This document shows, piece after piece, positions 1-11,197 of a stretch of DNA of 64,000 bases. A model generated the notes under the pieces. That model saw nothing but the letters and a program-made list of their open reading frames with translations. It ran no database searches and had not been told where the DNA came from. The translations under genes were made by a program, and so were the position numbers. Source of the stretch: an uncultured Acidimicrobiia bacterium (GTDB taxonomy: Bacteria; Acidobacteriota; Terriglobia; Versatilivoradales; Versatilivoraceae); contig CAWBAT010000006.1 in NCBI GenBank assembly GCA_963786955.1, positions 352,001-416,000 on the forward strand, read 5' to 3'. The stretch's first letter is position 1. Each line of letters begins with the position of its first letter.

Positions 1-271
1 TACGCCCTATTCTGGAATGCCTCGTGCAACCAAACCGGACGGGCTTCTCCAGTCGCAACAACGCTTCAGCTTGTACCGTTGGCATATCCTGGATCCGATT
101 CGGTTTCAGAAGAATCTCAAAGTCACCATCCAGTCATTGGGCTGGCATCAACGCGGTGGCAGATACTTACATTTGCAGGACGACATCTCTTCGGTGGGTT
201 ACTGGTATCAAACAGAACCTCATGCTCTTTTTCCGAATCTACCCGGGAAAGATGCTCTTGAATTAAACTAA
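1..271 (+). CDS. DUF2961 / glycoside hydrolase family 172-like protein, C-terminal part (5' end outside window)
   Basis: RFSLYRWHILDPIRFQKNLKVTIQSLGW and DDISSVGYWYQTEPH match the typical DUF2961 C-terminus; frame is open to the window edge. Confidence 0.8.
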   Translation, partial: TPYSGMPRATKPDGLLQSQQRFSLYRWHILDPIRFQKNLKVTIQSLGWHQRGGRYLHLQDDISSVGYWYQTEPHALFPNLPGKDALELN

Positions 272-408
272 TGGCCGCAGACTTAACTGGCAGAAACAGT
301 TGCCTCGGATATCCCCGGAATCCCCGAACCTGCAAGACTACTGAATAAGAGGTACCATTCAAAAGACGGTTTGAATGGGATATTACTCATTGCCTGGAGG
401 AGATCAAA

Positions 409-2063
409 ATGCGTTTCCCTTGCATCGCTTTCCTGCTTGTTCTTACCCTGCTGACGGGTGCTTATGCGCAACAGAAGAATGCTGCGAAAAACAAAGAACA
501 AGCGACCCCGAGCGGAGAACACGCTCAATCGATGAAACCACCGGAAGGATCGTCACAGGAGACGCCCATAAAGCCAACGGCCGAGCAAAAATCCCCTGCG
601 TTGAAAGAACCGTCATCCGACGATAAAGGTGAACAGTTCGACATGACAGAGATCCCACCAGTGGTCACTCATCAGCAATGCACCCTAAACGGCAAAGTCC
701 TGAAATATACCGCGACTGCGGGACGGCTTCCGATTAAGCGCGGCGACGGCAAAATTGAAGCTGAAATGTTTTTCGTGGCTTATAGCCTCGAAGGACAGAC
801 TCCCGGCAAGCGCCCTGTCACATTTGCCTTTAACGGTGGACCAGGTTCTGCTTCGGTGTGGCTGCACATGGGAGCGCTGGGACCCAAACGCGTGGCGCTA
901 CAACCGGATGGATTCATGCCCGCTGCCCCTTATCGGATGGTCGACAACCCCTATACCTTGCTCGATGGAAGCGACCTTGTGCTGGTAGACGCAATCGGCG
1001 CCGGCTTCAGCCGCGCCGCAAATGAGGCGCTATCAAAGAAGTTTTGGGGTGTGAAGGGTGACATCGAGGCGTTCAGCGAGTTTATTCGCCTGTACATCAC
1101 TCGCTATGAACGCTGGAGTTCCCCCTCTTCTTGCTCGGAGAAAGTTACGGCACGACGCGCGCCGCCGGAATTGCTGGCCACCTGGCAGACCACGGCGTTT
1201 CTTTCAACGGAATTACTCTCCTCTCCATGGTATTGAGTTTCCAGACGCTCGTGGACAACAAGAGCAACGATCTGCCTTATGTTCTGCTCATCCCATCGTT
1301 TACGATGATCGCTGGCTATCATAAAAAGCTTCCGCCCGACTTGATGCAGGACCTTGGGAAAGCCCGTCAAGAGTCCACGCAATGGGCCTCGACGACTTAT
1401 GTTCAGGCTTTGGCTAAAGGCGATGCGCTCACACCCGAGGAACGGCAGAAAGTGATCACCCAAATGGCGAGATATACAGGATTGACGGAACAACTAATTG
1501 GGAATGCAAACCTTAGAATCGATGTCCCGAAATTCACGCATAATTTGCTTCTGGATCAGAAATTACGCGTGGGACGCCTCGACGGCCGTTTTACGGGATT
1601 GGATCCACAAGGGCTACTGGACACGCCTTTTTATGATCCGACTTCAGCCGCGATCTTGCCGCCTTATACTTCCGTCTTCAATAATTACGTGCGCACTGAC
1701 CTGGGTTACAAAACAGACATGCCGTACAAAGTTTTTGCGTTTAAAGATGATGACAGCGACTTGAAGTGGGAGTGGGGCTCAGGAATCGAGGGGTTCCCGG
1801 ATACGGCCAAAGCATTGAGAGAAGCCGTGGCGAAAAATCCTTATTTAAAGGTATTGGTGATGGAGGGATATTACGACCTGGCCACTCCGTTTTACGCCGC
1901 GGACTACACGATGGATCATTTGGACCTGCCTCCGAATTATCGGAAGAACATTACCTTTGCACGATACGATTCCGGACATATGCTCTATATTGAAACGAAC
2001 TCGTTGAAGAAGATGAAGCAGGATCTTGTTACTTTTATGGAAATGGCAATGCCAGCGGACTGA
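409..2063 (+). CDS. Secreted serine carboxypeptidase (peptidase S10), split by one indel
   Basis: Signal peptide; FNGGPGSAS, GESYG nucleophile motif, YDSGHM; ORFs 409..1236 and 1131..2063 join if one C is added to the C5 run at 1121-1125. Confidence 0.9.
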
Positions 2064-2169
2064 GAGAGGACCTGCAATTGAAGGATTGTTTTCTTTACGG
2101 GACTCCCTGGGAAGCCCCGCGCCGAAGCAGTTACGTTGATTCACCTGACCATTCCGACAAATGACATTC

Positions 2170-3746
2170 TTACCGGATTCGATACGTTCTCGAATAACCG
2201 GCCGTTTGATTTGAAATGGTCACTTGAATGATCCCTTGTGCATCGCATTCATATAATTCTTCAACCCACATAGACCCCGCTTCTGGCCATCGTTCAATGG
2301 ACACCAGATCTAACCGGGTTTCCGTTTGCAAGGCAGGCGCATACGGAAAATAGACTTCATCCCAAGCAATAATATCCCCGCAGGGCTCGCGTTGTGGACT
2401 GTTCAAGTTGCCGCACTCGAAATAGCGAAAATGTCCGACATTATGCACGGGATGGTACCTCCGAGCGATCCGGATGGGAGGATATCCGAGTGGTGGCAAT
2501 ACCGTTTCTTTTGCGAAAATCGGATCAAATGCGATTTTCGAACCATCCTCACTCTCTCGCCAGACACCAAAGAAACGACTAAATCGTTCCTCCAGGCTGT
2601 AGCCACTTTCCTGATCCGCGGCAATAGCCAAACCTACTGCCGTAGCAGCAGAAGGATAAGGCGATCGCCGCACACGTTTCCCGAAATGTTCCCTTAAGGC
2701 GCGGGCTAGAACGGGCAGGTCACAAGAGCCGCCAACCAGGTAAACCGATACCACGGCCTCGTTATCGGCCCCCGATTGCTGGAGCACAGACTGCAAAACA
2801 AATTCTGTGCGCTCAACGGTCCATGAAATGAGGGGTTCGCATTTCCTATAAAATTGGGAAATGGGCACCAACACCGCATCCGCTTCCTCGCTGATCTGGC
2901 CGAAGTCGATCGTGATCTTCCGTGTATTTGTCCTGATGCTTTCCTTCGCTTCACGGCAAATATGAAGCAGGCGAGGACGGACATTTGCAGTCAAGGGGGG
3001 GATAATGATTCCGGAAGCAGCTAACGAAAAAGGCTTTCGCAGGGATTGCGGTAGAGTGGACTGAGATAAGGCAACCCCTAAAAGTAGTCGATCAAAATCA
3101 TCTCCACCCAGTTCTAGTGATTCCTTCGCTTCCGATGACTTCGTGTCGTTTACCAGTCACCCGAATGACCGAAACATCAAAAGTACCCCCTCCCAAGTCA
3201 TACACAACCAGGTGTTCGCATGGGCCAGCCTCTTCCGGGCGGCCAAATCGATAAGTAAATTCAATCCCCGCGGCAGAAGGTTCGTTGAGCATCCCGATCA
3301 CTTCAAAGCCAGCCCGGCGAAAAGCTTCTAGAGTCAGAAAACGTTGATTGCTATTGGCGTTCGTCGGAATACCGACCATCACTTCGAAGGGTTCTGCGGA
3401 TCGGTTTCAAGGTTGCTCCTCGTCAGAATATCCTGGTGTAAGGAATTAAGAAACCGGGTAAGCCATTCGAGGAAAGAGAACTTCACCTGCCCGATAGCCA
3501 TGATTGTCTGCGGATGTCCCCCGCTTAAATAGCGCTTAAAGGAATGACAGATTTCCCAGGATGAATCGTATTGAAGCGTCAGGGCATCCAATCCAAAGGC
3601 GACTTGTTCACCCCGAACCGCAATCAGGGAAGGATACCAATTCTGGTGAAATCCGGTTTCATGCTCGAACTCAGCCAACGGATAATGTGCTCAATGGCGG
3701 CTGCAACTCGAGTACGCGTTGTCCCGAAATCAATACCGAGTCGCAT
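2170..3746 (-). CDS. Atypical Hsp70-family protein, several apparent indels
   Basis: MRLGIDFGTTRT, LNEPSAAG, VYDLGGGTFDVS and YLVGGS motifs spread over consecutive ORF fragments. Confidence 0.85.
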
Positions 3747-3955
3747 GAAGGCCTCTTCGGTTTGGAGCCCCATCAGCAAGTATTTTAATTTATCGCTCCC
3801 ACTCAAGCGGTGTGATTACGAATGGAATCGAATATTCAAGTGCAGACGTTCGGGTTAGAGCTGAACCAGCCGGGGTCGGGGCATCAACGTCCCAGGCTCC
3901 AGCAATGACCGCGAATTTGTAGATCCAGCGCTAACCCCCGATCAATCCATAGTAC

Positions 3956-4712
3956 TCACTCGGCAGAAGCTTTCTTAAGTTCTTCAGCCGAATGTCCTTG
4001 TACTGCACCTTCATGGGTTCCGGAATGACAGGCATCGCCAAAACTCCAGAGACAAGGGCTTTTCCTTTCTCCTGATCGAAGAGCTCCGAAGTTACCCGCC
4101 GTTGATTTTAAGAGTAATCTGGTTTCCCCGAGCGACAATGTCATACTCATTCCATTCTTCAAGATCGATTCCCTTCATGAGCTCGGCCGCATCGGCAAGT
4201 CTGAGTCACACTTTTTTTCCCGTTCTCATCGATTACGGATTTCTCGCCTCTCGCCGCCAGAGAGTTTCGGAGCCATACTCATCCCAGATTCCTCCCAGAG
4301 ATTTCCCTTGTTTGGTAATATCAGCCTGGTACCCATGAACCAATCCACGTTCCCGCACCTGGCTTCGAAATTGCATCCCCGAATTGGCTTTCTCTCCAAA
4401 CATACGAAATTTAAATTAAGTTCAAAGTCATCAACTTTTCCGTCTTGCCAGACAATGAAGACATTTTCTTGCGGCTTGTGTTCCGGGGTCACCGTTCCGG
4501 TGATCGCTCCATCTTCCACTGACCAGACGCTCATATCAGCCGCCTTCCAACCCTTGAGGTCGTGCCATCGAAAATTGACTTCCATCCCGTATCGCCAGCC
4601 CAAACAGACGAATTCCCATAGCCCCCATCCCACCCATGGGAAATTGAGAGGAACGAGGAATAAGAAGGATAGATAGATAACTTCTCAGGAAAAGTCTTCG
4701 CGTGCAGTTCAT
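3956..4712 (-). CDS. DUF1080 (3-keto-disaccharide hydrolase-like) protein, frameshifted
   Basis: DLKGWK..WSVEDGAITG, DFELNL, GYQAD-type segment; N-terminus MNCTRRLFL resembles a Tat signal. Confidence 0.75.
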
Positions 4713-5009
4713 CGTGAAAGCCTCCAACAAAGTGTTCTAGGATTTCCGAACGGATGCCTTAGGTTACCTTCCGATTCATGCTTTTTCAGTAGAGCGTAGC
4801 CCTTGCAGCCCAGCTTCTCAAGAGGAAATTAGGGACAGGCTTGTTCGTCTCTGTGAATTCGTGGGAGGAGTAATTTGATGCAGGCGAAATCCGCCTGTGG
4901 CTAAAGGACAGGTAAGAACATTTCTCACTGCCCTGATAAAAGCGTTGGCTTTGCCTTCGCGGATTGGTCTAGTTAGTTACTTTCGCGAAACTGCACGATT
5001 GCACGAAAG

Positions 5010-5256
5010 ATCCCCTTCTCGGCTGAGAAGGGGATTTGGCGCGCAGCGCCGCAGGGGTGGCGCGAGTTGCCGCAATACCGATACGGGCTTGGCCTTTCCA
5101 GGATTGTTCGAACACCCCGCCACGGCCTGTAGAGGCGGGCAAGATGCCCGCGCTCCCAGGGATGGACACTGCCATCGCCGCTCGGAGAGCGGCTCCCACA
5201 TTGTGTTTGATGCTTGATAAGCCACAGACCTCCAGAATCCGGAGGTCTGGGCTACC
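5010..5256. repeat. Cluster of several different REP-like palindromes
   Basis: Hairpins atccccttctc-ggct-gagaaggggat, gcgggca-aga-tgcccgc, gccgctc-gga-gagcggc and cagacctcc-agaatcc-ggaggtctg ending in gctac. Confidence 0.75.
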
Positions 5257-5259
5257 AGT

Positions 5260-5603
5260 TTTTTTTACCATAACGATAATCTTGGGGTCGTTGTTGTGAA
5301 CAAAAGATCGTCTGTCCGGACTCGATCGATCCGCAAGAACCGAGTAGAGGTACTCATCGTCAATGGCGGGGTTCAATAGACCACGCTATAATCTAGTGGT
5401 GACGATGATTCGTCCGGGATCTAATGAATAAATTGTAGGACAATTTCGGGTCTGAGTAGGGAAAGTTTACTGTGACTCGTTCCTTTTCAAGCCGTGTTTA
5501 TTCCAAACCACCACACTGTCTGCCTTGGTAATCCGGGGGTTCCAAGACTGTGAACTTCGAGATTGCCATTTTTTCGCCTGCTAATCCTTATTTCATTTGC
5601 CAT
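5260..5603 (-). CDS. Putative small hypothetical protein hidden by several indels
   Basis: AAGGAAGG RBS then ATG at 5603 (MANEIRISRRKNGNLEVH); a downstream frame reads EYLYSVLAD...NNDPKIIV; needs 3-4 frame corrections; 3' end approximate. Confidence 0.4.
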
Positions 5604-5663
5604 AAGCCACCTTCCTTGTATTCAAAAAGGTATTGCGACTATAATGGTTTAGCTTGAATTCCG

Positions 5664-8520
5664 TTACCGTCTCACACGTTGCTGGCTGATTAGCGATATG
5701 TACCTCGAGTCTGCGCGCAGGGCTTTAAGTTGCGGAGAACGTTGGAAGGCGGCAAGGGGATAACCATGCTCGATTGCTTTGCCTATCCAGTGCAAAGCGC
5801 GCTCACGTTCCCCCCAATACTCGTAGATCAGCGCTGCCCGGTACATCACATAAGAATTCTCCGGGTCGACAATTAGAGCTCGCTGAAAGAGTTCCTCAGC
5901 CTTGGCCCGCTCACCTAACATTCCATAGTAACCTGACAAATCAGCCAGAAGCTCGGGATCACGGGGGTTCACTTTCAAGCGCGCCTCCGCCAGTTGTATC
6001 GCCTTCCGGTAACTTTCTTCAGCCTTGCTGGAATCATGGGTCCAGAGGTATCCAGAACCCAGATTCCCCCACCTCTCATAATTTTTGTCATCCAGGTTCA
6101 ATGCCTCCTGGTAAACCGCCAATGCTTCAGCGTACTTACCTTCAAAAAATAAAACGGTGGCCAGGTTATTGCTAGTGTCTGCGTTTGGTTGGAGCTGGAG
6201 AGACTGTTGCAACATCTCGCGTGCTTTTTGCCATTGCTCCAGTTGCATATAAATGGCTCCGAGATTGTTGTATGCTCCGGCTCTCTCAGGCGTTAACGCC
6301 ACCACACTTTCAAACTGTGAAATCGCCTCCTTGTATCGGTTGTGCTTGTAGTAGAAAAGTCCCAGGTAGTAGAATCCGCCCCAATAGTCCGGCTTCGATT
6401 CGATGGCCCTCCGGTACGTTGCTTCTGCCAATGGGAGATCTCCCTGAGCGTCATAAGCCGAAGCCAGGCCTGTCAATGCCGTTTCGCTCATCGGTTCCAG
6501 TTCCAAGGCTTTCTGAAATTCCACCCGTGCCGAGTCATAGTGACCGCTACCTTTTTCAATCAGACCCAAAGTGATATGGACCGGAGCCAATTGATCGTTC
6601 AGTTGGATTGCCCGCTGACAGTTAACCTTCGCTTTTTCAACCCACGACACATCTGCTTTGTTCTTGTCGTACTTGTACCAGCAGGCCTCTCCCAGCCCAG
6701 CGTAGGCTGAGGCGTAGCCGGCATCTTCTTTCAAGGCTTCCTGGAATACATAAATCGCCTGGTCGATGTTTCCCTCTTTCTGCCAATCCAGCAAATACCC
6801 ACGAGCCTCCAGATAATATTCATAAGCCCTGGAGACCTGGGTGCTCTCTGCAGCCTGCAAACGCTTCAAGATCTGGCAGTAATTCCAATTCCAGCAGCTT
6901 CGCCAGTTTGGCGGCAACCTGGTCCTGCAACGTTTGGAGCTTGGTCAGAGGGTAGTCTGTTAGGTCCGATTTCAACACTCGTGGGGTTTCGACATCCTCC
7001 AGGTTCAAAATGAAACGGATGCTTTCGGCGTTCCGTTGAAGGCTTCCCGTAATGGCCAGGTTGGCTCCAAAGACAGCCTTAGCCTTGGGGAGATTATCAA
7101 TGCCACTCTTAATCACTTCATGCGCCGGGACCACCCACAATTTTCCACCTGGCTGTTGAAGTTGGGTAAGCCGGGCGGTGATGGTCTCCTGCAATCCATC
7201 ACACAGCGGCTTGTTGCTGGCCTCACCGCCAACGTTGGTAAAAGGCAGGACGACCACATGCTTGTTTCGAGGAAGGCCCGGCGCGAGTATCCCACTCAAC
7301 CAATCTCTCACGGCGGGAAGCAGCAAGACTGCCAAAGCCAGAGCCAGCATCCAAGTCCAACTCGATCTCTTCGAGAGCTTTCGAATAGCCCTAACCGTGC
7401 GCTGGAAAATGCCTTCCCTTCCATCATTTTTGTCCTCTGGGCCATGCGTTATCTCCCGCTTAATTTTTTGAAGGTCAATCTGCAAATCCTTAGCTGACTG
7501 GTAGCGCTTTTCCCGGTCTTTCTCCAGGCATTTGCAGACGATGCGTTCAAACTCTGGAGTGACATCATAATTAAAGCGACTGATGGCTAACGGCCGACTG
7601 TGCAAGATCCGGTCGGTCGTGTCGTTCCGGTTGCTCCCCAGGAAGGGTGGCTGTCCGGTTGCCATTTCATAAAGCACTGTGCCAAAACTGAAGAGATCTG
7701 TACGTTGATCCACCTCCTTTCCGAGGATCTGCTCCGGGCTCATGTATAACAATGTCCCGACTACTACCCCGGGTTCCGTGCTGGATTGTGTAATGGCCTG
7801 TTCCTGCGGTATCTTCTCTGCAGGGTTGAACACCTTGGCCAGACCAAAGTCCAGCACCTTAACTCGTCCTCGCGGTGTGAACATTAAGTTGGCGGGTTTG
7901 ATATCCCTGTGGATGACGCCCTTGCTGTGGGCTTCATCCAGAGCATCCGCCACTTGAATACCAACCTCAATAAATTCTTCAAACCCCAGCGGTCGGCTTT
8001 GAATCCGATTAGCCAGAGTCTCTCCTTCTACATACTCCATGGCGATGAAGTGAAGACCGTCGGATTCACCAACCTCATAGATGGTGGCAATGTTAGGGTG
8101 GTTCAGGGCGGAAGCTGCCCTCGCTTCACGAAGGAAGCGGTGCATACGCATTTCATCCGAGGAGAATTCGGGTGGCAGGATTTTTAGCGCATCCGTTCGT
8201 TCCAGTCTGGAATCCCGCGCTAGGTAGACTTTTGCCATCCCCCCTCCGCCCAGAAAGGATTGGATGTGGTAATTTCCAAGCCGTCTTCCCACCAGGGACA
8301 GGCATTGATCCTCAGCCGGATTGGGGAGGGGGGATTGTGGCGTGTTCTCACTCATGGGGTTCGCAGCGCTTTGTTCCTTAGCCAGTAATGACTCTATTTC
8401 CAGGCGCAATGCTTCATCTTCATCGCAAGCCTGACGGAGAAAGTCAGCTCGATCGACAGGATCATGCTCCCGACTTGCTCTCAGTAAATCGGTGACTTGT
8501 TGCGCGGAGAATTTCGGCAT
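5664..8520 (-). CDS. Membrane Ser/Thr protein kinase with TolB-N-like domain and C-terminal TPR repeats (frameshift near 6860-6900; alternative start 8559)
   Basis: GGGGMAKVY, HRDIKPAN, DFGLAK, YMSPEQ; TM segment WMLALALAVLLL; VVVLPFTN motif; many TPRs in ORF 5664..6917. Confidence 0.92.
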
Positions 8521-9112
8521 CGGCCCCCCAGCTGAGAAGGCTGTTCCGATGTGGCTCATGCCTGGAATTTTCGTGACCCGAAGGGGCTACGCTGTGAGGC
8601 AGATGGAATAAAAAGAAACCGTTCCTGAGTGTGAATATCTATTGCTGGGAACGGGGTTGAGGGGGATCAACCATCTTAAATGCCTTCACAGGATGGTGAA
8701 AGAAACCACTTTCAAAAGAGTTGTTAAACGTGATCGACCCCGAAAGAAATGTAAAATGTGAGCCCTCTTAGGTTTTGTTCCGAAATTGTAATTGTTTAAT
8801 TCTACTCTCATCATTTGCCCCCCGCAATCGGATATTTGACTTCATATGGCTATTTTGCCACCAACGCCAGTACTGACGACTCTGACAAAATGGCCAATGT
8901 GAGGGGGATGAGAGGAGAGCGTAAAAGGCAATTCCATACCATATATAGTATATTCCTAACCATCCTACTACAATAAATCAGAGCCTTTATGCCGTCTCAA
9001 CGTGGACTATTGCCGCCTCACGGTTAGCTAGCACTCTTAGGACGAATTTCTTCAAACTGTTAACAACTGAGATTCCCAGCCTCTTTTTTTCCGCTTGTGC
9101 CTGAATTCCTGG

Positions 9113-9872
9113 CTAAGACAGCACCTTCAGTTGAGGTGGAGGGGTTGGTTCGTCGAGACAGAAGCTCAAAGCTTGATGCGCCGATTCGGTCAGTAAATCG
9201 ATGACTGGCTGGGTGTGCAAGTGGAAGGCCCGTTGGATCGCAATCGCATACTCACTCGCTCTTGAGGCCGAAATAACGGCCGGCGGATATCCTGCTTTCA
9301 GGAGGTAAAAATTGGAGAATAGACGGATCGTGCTCCCGTTGGCTTCCGCAAAGGGGTGAATGTCAATAAGCTTGGCAAGCATCAAGGCTGTTTTTTCGAC
9401 TTCATGCATTTGGTGAAAGCTCTCGGCTGTAAACCATTCCAGGGCATTTTCAACGACATCGGGGACAAGCACGGACTCTATAGGCTCATGCCCTGCGCAG
9501 ATCGGTTCGATTTCAGTTTCCCGAAACCGAGTCGTCCCTTCTGCTTTCCCCGTCACCAAGAGATGATGAAGTTCCAATAGATTCTCGGTTGAAAGAGAGT
9601 CACAAGACTGGGCCCAGCGACAAATCCTCCGGGCAGCCTGTTGATGCCATTCAATGTCGTCTCCCGGCGATCTTCAAGCAACTCTTTCGGCCAAGATTGG
9701 AGTGAACTGCATTTTCGTCCAATGCCCAGTTATCCAGAGCCCATTGAGGACCCAGCAATTGTTCGAATCTCTTCCTTGGGACTTCTTCCGCCTGAATTAA
9801 CCGCCAACGGTCTTTTTTTTCAATCAATGAGAAAAATTGACGTCTCGTTTTGAATTCGAAGTCTTCAGCCAT
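9113..9872 (-). CDS. Fic/Doc family protein, frameshifted near 9580-9660
   Basis: LELHHLL and IHPFAEANGSTIRL (degenerate Fic motif) plus LLKAGYPP; starts 11 nt after the smpB stop. Confidence 0.75.
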
Positions 9873-9883
9873 TTGGAAATCTT

Positions 9884-10354
9884 CTACTTTGCCAATTCCG
9901 CTATCGCGCTTTCTTTAATGGCCTGCCGGGCTTCGCGATCCGCGGTCTTCTTTTTTTCGGTTTCGCGCTTATCGAATAACTTCTTTCCCTTGGCCAACGC
10001 GATGGCACATTTGGCTTTTCCATTTTTGAAATAAATCTTCAACGGGACAAGCGTCAGCCCCTTTTCGGTTGTTTTGCCGATCAGCTTCCGGATCTCACTT
10101 CGATGGAGCAGAAGCTTGCGCGTTCGCAGGGGGTCATGATTCATCCGATTTCCGTGACTGTAGGGACTGATATGACAGTTCAGCAGCCAAATCTCGCCAT
10201 TCTTAACCAGGCCATAACTATCCTTTAGATTCACTTTCCCTTCACGGATCGCTTTGACTTCAGTACCCTGCAGGACCATGCCGGCTTCAAAGGTATCCAG
10301 GATGAGATAGTTGTGGTATGCCTGACGATTAAGACTAGCCGCTCTTTCTTCCAT
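9884..10354 (-). CDS. smpB: SsrA-binding protein SmpB
   Basis: [47 protein letters not shown]. Confidence 0.98.
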   Translation of the reverse strand: MEERAASLNRQAYHNYLILDTFEAGMVLQGTEVKAIREGKVNLKDSYGLVKNGEIWLLNCHISPYSHGNRMNHDPLRTRKLLLHRSEIRKLIGKTTEKGLTLVPLKIYFKNGKAKCAIALAKGKKLFDKRETEKKKTADREARQAIKESAIAELAK

Positions 10355-11043
10355 TAGAAGGGGGACTTACGATTGTCCGGCGTTGCATAGGGGTTGACCG
10401 GTTGGGACGGCTGAGTGGATTGTTGTGGGACCTGCCCTGGCTGCAGCAAAGGAAATGCCTGCTGATTAGGTCCCGGGCTGCTGGCCAGGCTGGACGCCCA
10501 GCGGGTTTTGCTGGGCGCCTTAGGGGGAAGATTGGGTTGAGGAGGAGTTACATTCACAGGAGCCGTTTCCGCTTGCCCTTCTTCGACACCCATTTCGCCG
10601 CCAAATGGGTCTTCAGCCACGGGCGGTCTGTTCATCACATGGCCGGAAGGACCCGTCGCGGGCGCATTGCTCGAAGCAAGCTTGAAGGACTTCCCAAGGA
10701 TCAGCAACTTCATGATTCTCTCGGGATCCGCAGGGGAGGCAATCAAAATATAATCGGTGTTGCTTCCTTCGAGGACTTTCAGAAGCGCACTCTTCGGTGT
10801 CAAATTCTTGATTTCGACAAGAGGCAGATTCATTCCTCGCAGGTCCCCGGGGATGTCATATTCCATGCCCGTCTTCTCTTTGAATAGTTCCATCACTTGG
10901 CTGAAGGTCTTGTTTTCAACCGAGAAGTTCAACGGCTTGCCATCGTATTTTGTGGAAGGGGATGCAAAGGACCAAGTCAGCCCACAAACTAAAACATAGA
11001 ATAGACCTATCGAAAGTCTCATCAATCCCCGTGATTGGCTCAT
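10354..11043 (-). CDS. Exported protein with STN-like (secretin/TonB N-terminal) domain and Pro/Gln-rich tail
   Basis: Signal peptide after GAGGA RBS; [25 protein letters not shown]...[13 protein letters not shown] resembles an STN domain; stop overlaps smpB start (TAATG). Confidence 0.55.
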   Translation of the reverse strand: MSQSRGLMRLSIGLFYVLVCGLTWSFASPSTKYDGKPLNFSVENKTFSQVMELFKEKTGMEYDIPGDLRGMNLPLVEIKNLTPKSALLKVLEGSNTDYILIASPADPERIMKLLILGKSFKLASSNAPATGPSGHVMNRPPVAEDPFGGEMGVEEGQAETAPVNVTPPQPNLPPKAPSKTRWASSLASSPGPNQQAFPLLQPGQVPQQSTQPSQPVNPYATPDNRKSPF

Positions 11044-11197
11044 AACTATCCTCATCGGCAAAGCACCTAATAACATAAACAATGCTATCATGGAGATCGG
11101 CGGCGCGCAAATCCAGCCCAAATTAAAGGCGAACGTCTTTTTCCGTTACGCTTCTGTCAGGATACTTCTTTGCTTTGCGTCGACGCTCAAACCTCCC

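Noticed and set aside
4897-5299. Several overlapping 80-135 aa ORFs
   Set aside because: They run through the REP cluster; only the 5260-5376 part is kept, as the tail of a candidate small gene
8560-9110. tmRNA (ssrA) near smpB
   Set aside because: No tRNA-Ala-like 5' end or T-arm/CCA 3' end recognised on either strand
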